A DNA stretch of 64,000 nucleotides from Candidatus Nanohaloarchaea archaeon (GTDB lineage Archaea > Nanohalarchaeota > Nanosalinia > Nanosalinales > Nanosalinaceae), in contig CP046106.1 of assembly GCA_013343275.1 (NCBI GenBank), positions 1 through 64,000 on the forward strand. The letters run 5' to 3'. The notes under the pieces are model-generated. The model did not search any database and had not been told where the DNA came from. It saw only the letters and a program-made list of their open reading frames with translations. How positions within the stretch are numbered: the stretch's first letter is position 1; every line of letters begins with the position of its first letter. Positions 57,994 to 64,000 of this stretch are shown here, piece after piece. The position numbers and the translations under genes were made by a program.

Positions 57994-59530
57994 TGTTGTC
58001 CTCCCCCTGTTTCGAATCCGGCATCCAGATCCGTGTCAACTTCTCACTTGAACCCCATTTCTCCATATACTCCTCCATTGATGGTGGTGTGGAGTTCTTC
58101 AAAATACGGCCCTGTCGCAGAATCTTTCTCAGTCGAGCCTCTAATGTCTTCGACAGCTCGTCGTAGTAGCTCTTGTCTGCGTAGATCAGGTCGTTCTTGA
58201 TCCTCCAGTGTGCTGTTGTTCCTTTTGGTGCGACCACGATGTATCCTCTCTTGTGGCCGAACTCTGCCATGGCTTCTTTCAACTGTTCTTTGTTGACATA
58301 GTACACTCCTCCGTTGGTCCCGCTTGGATCAAGAATCAGTATTTCATCGCCCTCTACTCCTACTGATAGTACGAAGTGGCCTGCAGTGGCTTCTGGGAAT
58401 ATCTCTGGCTTGTAGAAGTTTGGCACGATCAGTGCGCCGTCGTTGAACCAGGCCTTGAATTCGTCGTCTAGATCAGTTATCTTGTCGTAGCCAATCCAGG
58501 CCGTCTTCACTTCGTTGTTAGTAAGTTCTTCTACTGAGTCCATAAGCTCTTCTTCATCGGCGCCTTCACCTTCCTCTACGTTTGCTTTCTCTCCGATCTC
58601 CTTCTGGTCGTGTTTGTATCCAAAGACTTCAAGCGCCATCTCCATTGATGCAGGACCGCAGTATGATGGGTCCTGTGCTACAAAGTAGCTTGTTATTTCC
58701 TCCAGAGTGTCGAGGTCGCTACGTGTCCTCTTGAACTTGAGGTTTGAGTCCATTATCTGGCTGTTAGGAGCCAGTACTGTGAAACCTGAGTTGGTGTCGA
58801 CTGTTGTGCTGAATAGCGAGACATCTTTGATCTCTCCCGTCTCGTCGTCGATCTTGACTTCCTCTCCAGGCCTTACAATCCTCGAGTTCTTGAGGTATAC
58901 TCCTGCCGCAAAGTTCTCGAACAGGTCTTTGAAGCCGTAGAACAGCAGGCCTGCGATAAGGAATGCTACGGCCCATGATGATGCTGTTACCAGTTCATTG
59001 ATCGTGCTCTGTGCGATCCCTAGCTGTCCGAGCACTATCTGCAGCAGTACCAGGTAGAGGAAGCCTTTGATCAGCGCTGAAACCGCCTTGAATGCGTTGA
59101 CCGATAGGCCTGCTTCCCGGAAGTAGCTCCTTACTCCTACTGTTTTCAGGAAGTCCTCGATGAATCTGGTGAATACGTTTATTGCGATGACTCCAAGGAT
59201 TGCTACAAGTATCCCTGTCAGTATTTCAGGAATGTACGTCGTGGTCTGCGCTATTATAGTATCTGTTAACGATGAATTCAGGTAGAAAAGTGCTGCGGTG
59301 ATTACTGCGCCGTCAAGCAGGTAGGAAATGTACTGCAGTCTCTGTCTTTTCTGCTCAACGTCTTTTTTGGTGGCCTCATCGTTTCTGAGTATCCACAGCC
59401 GGTTGTACATCATGTTGAAGCTCTTGACCGCTAGGTGGCCTAATACCAAAATCAGAAGTGTTACGGCTACTCTGATGCTTGTGTTGCTTGACATGATGAA
59501 AGCTAGTGCAGAATCTAGAATACCGGCCAT
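57971..59530 (-). CDS. MscS mechanosensitive channel fused to a papain-fold (C39/phytochelatin synthase-like) domain
   Basis: N-terminal TMs, KDLFENFAAG..PGEEV..G....LFST..PNS (MscS); Q.PSYCGPAS, GHFV, ILDP (Cys-His-Asp). Confidence 0.85.
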   Translation of the reverse strand: MAGILDSALAFIMSSNTSIRVAVTLLILVLGHLAVKSFNMMYNRLWILRNDEATKKDVEQKRQRLQYISYLLDGAVITAALFYLNSSLTDTIIAQTTTYIPEILTGILVAILGVIAINVFTRFIEDFLKTVGVRSYFREAGLSVNAFKAVSALIKGFLYLVLLQIVLGQLGIAQSTINELVTASSWAVAFLIAGLLFYGFKDLFENFAAGVYLKNSRIVRPGEEVKIDDETGEIKDVSLFSTTVDTNSGFTVLAPNSQIMDSNLKFKRTRSDLDTLEEITSYFVAQDPSYCGPASMEMALEVFGYKHDQKEIGEKANVEEGEGADEEELMDSVEELTNNEVKTAWIGYDKITDLDDEFKAWFNDGALIVPNFYKPEIFPEATAGHFVLSVGVEGDEILILDPSGTNGGVYYVNKEQLKEAMAEFGHKRGYIVVAPKGTTAHWRIKNDLIYADKSYYDELSKTLEARLRKILRQGRILKNSTPPSMEEYMEKWGSSEKLTRIWMPDSKQGEDNNETTEDN

Positions 59531-59570
59531 AACTACCTACTCCTAAAAGCTGTTATATAAACTCTTTCTT

Positions 59571-60761
59571 TTATTCCTTATCGATGATTTTTCCATAGCC
59601 GATAAGTCGCCATCTGGACCCTATTTGACGGGAAATAGCGATTCTGTCGTCTTCCTCGGCGCAGATAGGGACTTTCAGATCAAGTTTAACCTTCTTCCCG
59701 GCCTGCGTTACAATGCCTGCAGACTTCGAAGTTCCTGCGTTAAGCATCAATGGCTCGTTCTCCTTGATATTTTCGATCTCCTTCTCCTGCTCGGAACCAA
59801 CGGCTCGATCCATAAGGTTGACCTCTACGGTGATGTTCTCGGTCGTCTCTGGAAGAGTACCTTCTTCGCCCAGAATATTGCCTGAAAGACCGTCGGACTT
59901 AGCCATCGAAGGATCAAGATCTGTCTCGATTGCTAGAAGACCTCCTGGAGTCCCTTTCTCTACAGGCTGTCCTCCATGCATAATGCTTTTGATCTCAGTC
60001 TCTACCGTTCTCCATTCTTCGTCCTGATTGATTCCGGGACTGAGTTCGACTTTGTCACCGACCTCAAGCTCCCCTTCAACCAGTGAACCGCCTACTACCC
60101 CACCATGGAGGTCTTCGGGGCTTGTCCCTGGCTTGTTGATATCGAAGCTTCTGGCGACAAGCATCTTGCCGTCGGCCTCGAGATCTCTTTCAGGAGTAGG
60201 AATTTCCTCGTCGATTGCTTCAAGAAGTGCATCGATATTGATCTCCTGCTGAGCGCTGATAGGGATTACAGGGGCGTCTTCAGCTACTGAGCCCTCTACA
60301 AACTCCTGGATCTGTTCGTAGTTCTCACGGGCCTCTTCCTCTGAAACCAGATCGATCTTGTTCTGTACAATTACAATATTTTCTACTCCGATGATATCGA
60401 GCGCTGCAAGGTGTTCCCGGGTCTGAGGCTGAGGACATTCCTCATTGGCTGCGATAACTAGAATTGCACCGTCCATAATTGCAGCTCCGGAAAGAACGTT
60501 TGCCATCAGTGTTTCGTGGCCTGGAGCATCTACGAGAGAAACAGTTCTCTCTTCTTCGCCATTACTTTTTACATTCAGTTCGCCGTCTTCGTCTCTGTAG
60601 TATGTGATATCGGCGTATCCGATCTTGATAGTGATTCCTTTCTTCAGTTCTTCGCTGTGTTCATCAGTCCATTTTCCGGAAAGAGCTCTAGTTAAAGTAG
60701 TTTTTCCGTGGTCTACGTGACCTACAAGACCGATGTTAACTTCAGGTATTTGATCGCTCAT
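59571..60761 (-). CDS. eif2g: Translation initiation factor 2 gamma
   Basis: [32 protein letters not shown]. Confidence 0.98.
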   Translation of the reverse strand: MSDQIPEVNIGLVGHVDHGKTTLTRALSGKWTDEHSEELKKGITIKIGYADITYYRDEDGELNVKSNGEEERTVSLVDAPGHETLMANVLSGAAIMDGAILVIAANEECPQPQTREHLAALDIIGVENIVIVQNKIDLVSEEEARENYEQIQEFVEGSVAEDAPVIPISAQQEINIDALLEAIDEEIPTPERDLEADGKMLVARSFDINKPGTSPEDLHGGVVGGSLVEGELEVGDKVELSPGINQDEEWRTVETEIKSIMHGGQPVEKGTPGGLLAIETDLDPSMAKSDGLSGNILGEEGTLPETTENITVEVNLMDRAVGSEQEKEIENIKENEPLMLNAGTSKSAGIVTQAGKKVKLDLKVPICAEEDDRIAISRQIGSRWRLIGYGKIIDKE

Positions 60762-61074
60762 ATACTAAATCATCCTCGGAAACAGTTATAGTTCTCCCGC
60801 CAATTTCGACATCATAGTTTATCTGGCTCTGAGGAGAAAGACTGGTAAAGAAGTTTTCGAAAGGCCTAGTGTCGGTGACTACTACCTCTTCTTCGTTGTA
60901 CTGCTCTTTATCTCCTATGTATCTGGCAGTATCGCCTATCTCGTAATCCAGAAATAGTGCAGATTCTAGGCCGTCCTTTATTCCTATCTGATCGAAGAAG
61001 GCATCGGCCTTGTGGCCTTTATCCTCGATCTCGGAAAGTGCTGCATCAAGGTAGTACTCTGTGACTAGGCCCAT
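60742..61074 (-). CDS. Hypothetical acidic protein
   Basis: 110 aa ORF packed between rps6e and eif2g. Confidence 0.65.
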   Translation of the reverse strand: MGLVTEYYLDAALSEIEDKGHKADAFFDQIGIKDGLESALFLDYEIGDTARYIGDKEQYNEEEVVVTDTRPFENFFTSLSPQSQINYDVEIGGRTITVSEDDLVYERSNT

Positions 61075-61080
61075 CTGGAT

Positions 61081-61458
61081 TTACTCTTCCTCTTCGTCTC
61101 CTTCAAGGATTTCCTCTACTGACTTGCTGCCTTCTTCAACTACTGTTGTGTTCAGCTGCTCGATCTGTCTTGAAACTGTTCTTCCCCGGACAGATTTTCT
61201 TTCTTTGGTTCCTTCTTCCTGTTTCTTTATCCCGGAACCGTCTTCGATTAGAACTCTCTGTCTTTCGGAGCCTTCGATGCTTTTTCTCATCGGGAAGCCT
61301 GCTTTGTCGGATCCTCCTGTAATCTTCAGAGTATATCCTGGAACATCGACTAGGCCTCCATCGATTTCGTCTCCGACCTCTTTTCCGATTAGCTGAGAAC
61401 TGTCTTCTACTTCGGTTTGAAATGTTTCGCCGTCTTTAGTACCAATTGTAACTTTCAT
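61081..61458 (-). CDS. rps6e: 30S ribosomal protein S6e
   Basis: LKITGGSDKAGFPMR, RKSVRG, QLN. Confidence 0.96.
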   Translation of the reverse strand: MKVTIGTKDGETFQTEVEDSSQLIGKEVGDEIDGGLVDVPGYTLKITGGSDKAGFPMRKSIEGSERQRVLIEDGSGIKKQEEGTKERKSVRGRTVSRQIEQLNTTVVEEGSKSVEEILEGDEEEE

Positions 61459-61471
61459 TGATTGTTTCACC

Positions 61472-61559
61472 TGCTCAGTCCATTCGCACCGGCGTAAAGG
61501 CCGTTGCTGTTAACGCCACTTCTGATGGAAGGACGATAGTTTCCGAGCAAGAACTATTT
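61472..61559 (-). promoter_or_regulatory. Structured 5' leader of rps6e
   Basis: Nested stems TGCTCGG/CTGAGCA, TCCAT/ATGGA, GGCGT/ACGCC adjoining SD AGGTGA. Confidence 0.5.
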
Positions 61560-61631
61560 AGGCAGAAACTTTTTTGAATCCAAAAACCTTTGACCCTGAG
61601 TTTTTATTCAACTAAAACCCTAACCAGTGAT

Positions 61632-63056
61632 ATGAGGGCCTCAGTAATCTCCCAGATAATAGGAAGGTTTCTACAGGTCTTCGCTGTGGTGATTGCAGCT
61701 CCTGTAGCGGTTGCGATGTACTATGGGGAGGCCACAGTACAGTCATTTCTCTTCGCATCTGCATCTGCAATGGTTGTAGGAATGTTTCTCTCATATGTAG
61801 GTTCTTCTAGTGAGCCTACTACTTCTGAAGCTCTCTACGCTACAGTAATGGGTTGGTTTATAGCAGTGTTTGTCGGTGCAATACCGCTCCTGGGGTATAT
61901 GACAATGATGAATGCCGTATTTGAGGCTACGGCGGGCCTAACTACTACTGGGATTTCCATGTTGCTGGCGCCTGAGGTGTTACCTAAATCTATCCTTTTC
62001 TGGAGGGCGTTCATGCAGTGGGTAGGAGGTCTTGGAATACTTACTTTCTTCATAGCAGTCATCCGTGAATCCGGAGGTATCTCCAGAAGGCTTTTCTCTG
62101 CAGAGGCCCATAAGACAGATCCTGGGAGCATAAGACCGTCTCTAAAGAAATCGATAATAGAGCTCTGGAGGGTATATGGATTCCTCACTATGCTGATAAT
62201 AGGTATATATATAGGCCTTGGAATGTCGGTATTCAACTCATTCGCCCACGCATTTACTGCAATATCTACGGGCGGCTTCTCGACTGTAGGAGCCAGCATG
62301 GCAGCCTTCTCAGCACAGGTTCAGGCAGCAACAGTACTGTTCATGTTTGTAGGAGGAGTCAACTTCGTTCTGCTGTACAGATTTCTGAGAGCAGATGTCA
62401 GGCCTCTATGGGAGAACTCCGAGTTCAAACTCTACACACTAATCTTCCTCGTCATAACAGGAATAATGGGGATCGAACTCCTCGGCAAGGGAATGGCTCC
62501 GGCCTCCGCACTTCTTAACTCCTCCTTCACCTCCGCTTCAGTGCTATCATCCACAGGCTTTGCTACAGTAGGAGTTACATCTCTCTCGGTAGCACTCCAG
62601 GCCCTTTTCCTCGGAGGAATGTTTGTAGGAGGTTCTCTGGGATCTACCGCAGGAGGTATAAAGATCTTCCGGCTGAAAGCAATGTTTGAACTGGTTAAAA
62701 CTCGTGTAAAGGGTTATTCTCTGCCAGAAACTGCTATAAATGAGGCCAAGATCGATGGAGAGATACTTTCGGGCTCTGTGGTTAGAACTATCTCGGTACT
62801 GTTCTTTGTATGGATATCAGTCATATTTGTTGCTACTCTGGGCGTGCTGGCTGTGGAGGACGTAAGCTTCATGGCTGCTCTCTCTGGAACTATCTCTGCA
62901 GCAGGTAACATGGGTCCTGTGTACATGGCTGGTGAGAATATGGTCGCACTGTCGCCTGTAACTAAAAGCATCTGGGTGGTCGTCATGCTTGCGGGCAGAT
63001 TGGAGATGCTTCCTTTGCTTGCATTATTTAATAAGAGAATTCTCAAAAACAAGTAG
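61632..63056 (+). CDS. trkH: TrkH potassium uptake membrane protein
   Basis: GLTTTG, QWVGGLG, STGGF, GSTAGGIK, GNMGP, GRLE. Confidence 0.96.
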   Translation: MRASVISQIIGRFLQVFAVVIAAPVAVAMYYGEATVQSFLFASASAMVVGMFLSYVGSSSEPTTSEALYATVMGWFIAVFVGAIPLLGYMTMMNAVFEATAGLTTTGISMLLAPEVLPKSILFWRAFMQWVGGLGILTFFIAVIRESGGISRRLFSAEAHKTDPGSIRPSLKKSIIELWRVYGFLTMLIIGIYIGLGMSVFNSFAHAFTAISTGGFSTVGASMAAFSAQVQAATVLFMFVGGVNFVLLYRFLRADVRPLWENSEFKLYTLIFLVITGIMGIELLGKGMAPASALLNSSFTSASVLSSTGFATVGVTSLSVALQALFLGGMFVGGSLGSTAGGIKIFRLKAMFELVKTRVKGYSLPETAINEAKIDGEILSGSVVRTISVLFFVWISVIFVATLGVLAVEDVSFMAALSGTISAAGNMGPVYMAGENMVALSPVTKSIWVVVMLAGRLEMLPLLALFNKRILKNK

Positions 63057-63058
63057 AG

Positions 63059-63718
63059 ATGTACGTAGTCATAGCTGGAATCAACACTCTGTCGAAAAGA
63101 CTGGTCGAAAGACTGGAAGGAAGACACGATATAGTAGCAATAGACGCAGACGAAGACAAATGCGAAAGACTCTACTCTTCGTCAGGTGCAACAGTCATAA
63201 ATAAGGCTCCGACCACGTTATCCGCACTGGAAGATGCAGGTATTACACAGGCCGATGTACTTATATCTACATTGAAAGACGACAACCAGAACATGGTCGT
63301 ATGCTCTCTAGGCAAAAAGTATGGTGTGCCAAAAGTCGTTTCGAAACTGGAAGACGAAGAATACTTTGAAGCATTCCAGATAATCGGTGCAGAAACAATA
63401 GGCGACACAGATATACTTCTATCCGAGTTCCTATCATCTGTAGAACATCCCTACCTCGTCAAACTTGCAAACCTGTCTAACGACAGGGAGATACTGAAAG
63501 CCTCCATCAGAGAGGACTCTAGTCTCGCAGGATCAACGGTGAAGGAAATGAAGAGCATGAAACACTTCCCTGTGGACTTCCAGCTTACATCAATAGTGAA
63601 GCCGGAAGACACGCTGAAGGCACAGCAAGATATTGAGCTGGAGGAAGAGGACCAGCTCGTGCTTATAGGCCCTGAGGATAAAAAAGAAAAGCTAGATAAG
63701 TTCTTCCAGGACCAGTAA
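63059..63718 (+). CDS. trkA: TrkA potassium uptake regulatory subunit
   Basis: RCK-N/RCK-C architecture, LEDAGI..AD; follows trkH. Confidence 0.9.
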   Translation: MYVVIAGINTLSKRLVERLEGRHDIVAIDADEDKCERLYSSSGATVINKAPTTLSALEDAGITQADVLISTLKDDNQNMVVCSLGKKYGVPKVVSKLEDEEYFEAFQIIGAETIGDTDILLSEFLSSVEHPYLVKLANLSNDREILKASIREDSSLAGSTVKEMKSMKHFPVDFQLTSIVKPEDTLKAQQDIELEEEDQLVLIGPEDKKEKLDKFFQDQ

Positions 63719-63723
63719 TTGAT

Positions 63724-63864
63724 ATGAAACTACGAGACAAGCTGAAGAAAGCAGTCAAGAAGAAAGCCTGGAATACAGGTAAGAAGGCCGGAAAGAGCTA
63801 CCTGAAATACAAAGCTGTTTCCTACGGCTGGAAAAAGCTTAGGAAGAAAGTTAAGAAGAATTAA
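63724..63864 (+). CDS. Small highly basic protein (46 aa)
   Basis: MKLRDKLKKAVKKKAWNTGKKAGKSYLKYKAVSYGWKKLRKKVKKN*; fills gap between trkA and convergent gene. Confidence 0.6.
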   Translation: MKLRDKLKKAVKKKAWNTGKKAGKSYLKYKAVSYGWKKLRKKVKKN

Positions 63865-64000
63865 AGAATTTCAACTATTTCCCCAACTTCCTTATTCGCA
63901 CGGTAAAGCTTGGCAGGCCTATGCGACACATTTTCCTCTCGTTCACCGGTCTCTTCAACTAATTCGTGTTTATGGATCTTCTTCCGGAAGTTCCTCTTAT
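63861..64000 (-). CDS. C-terminus of NrtR-type Nudix transcriptional regulator (wHTH)
   Basis: KRNFRKKI...TGE...HRPAKLY. Confidence 0.8.
   Translation of the reverse strand, partial: KRNFRKKIHKHELVEETGEREENVSHRPAKLYRANKEVGEIVEIL

Noticed and set aside
54344-59530. RiPP (graspetide) cluster with C39 leader peptidase
   Set aside because: No precursor peptide ORF seen nearby and a GCS2 ligase is present; not fully excluded

Overview
Chromosomal segment of an archaeon with a strongly acidic proteome and compact DPANN-like genes, most consistent with a nanohaloarchaeon (inference from composition and gene content). It is mostly housekeeping: rps13-rps4-rps11-rpoD; rpoH-B''-B'-A'-A''-nusA; rps12-rps7-EF2-EF1A-rps10; rps6e-eIF2g-PIN-rpoE-spt4-rps24e-rps27ae-kae1-sua5-bud32; Kef/Trk K+ transport; DNA repair genes. 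There are five tRNA genes, and both tRNA-Gln carry D-loop introns. Most notable: (1) a five-gene insert (54344-59530) with three ATP-grasp ligases, a glutamate-cysteine ligase and an MscS channel fused to a phytochelatin-synthase/C39-like Cys-His-Asp domain; (2) a repeated double-hairpin intergenic element in core operons, three copies of which are exactly 57-nt mini-ORFs bridging the neighbouring genes; (3) a duplicated intron-containing tRNA-Gln locus next to a free-standing LAGLIDADG gene, with a C33 tRNA-Gln(CUG); (4) apparent non-AUG starts and an in-frame amber; (5) strong enrichment of the palindrome AGGCCT. All protein assignments are from motif recognition by eye, not database searches.
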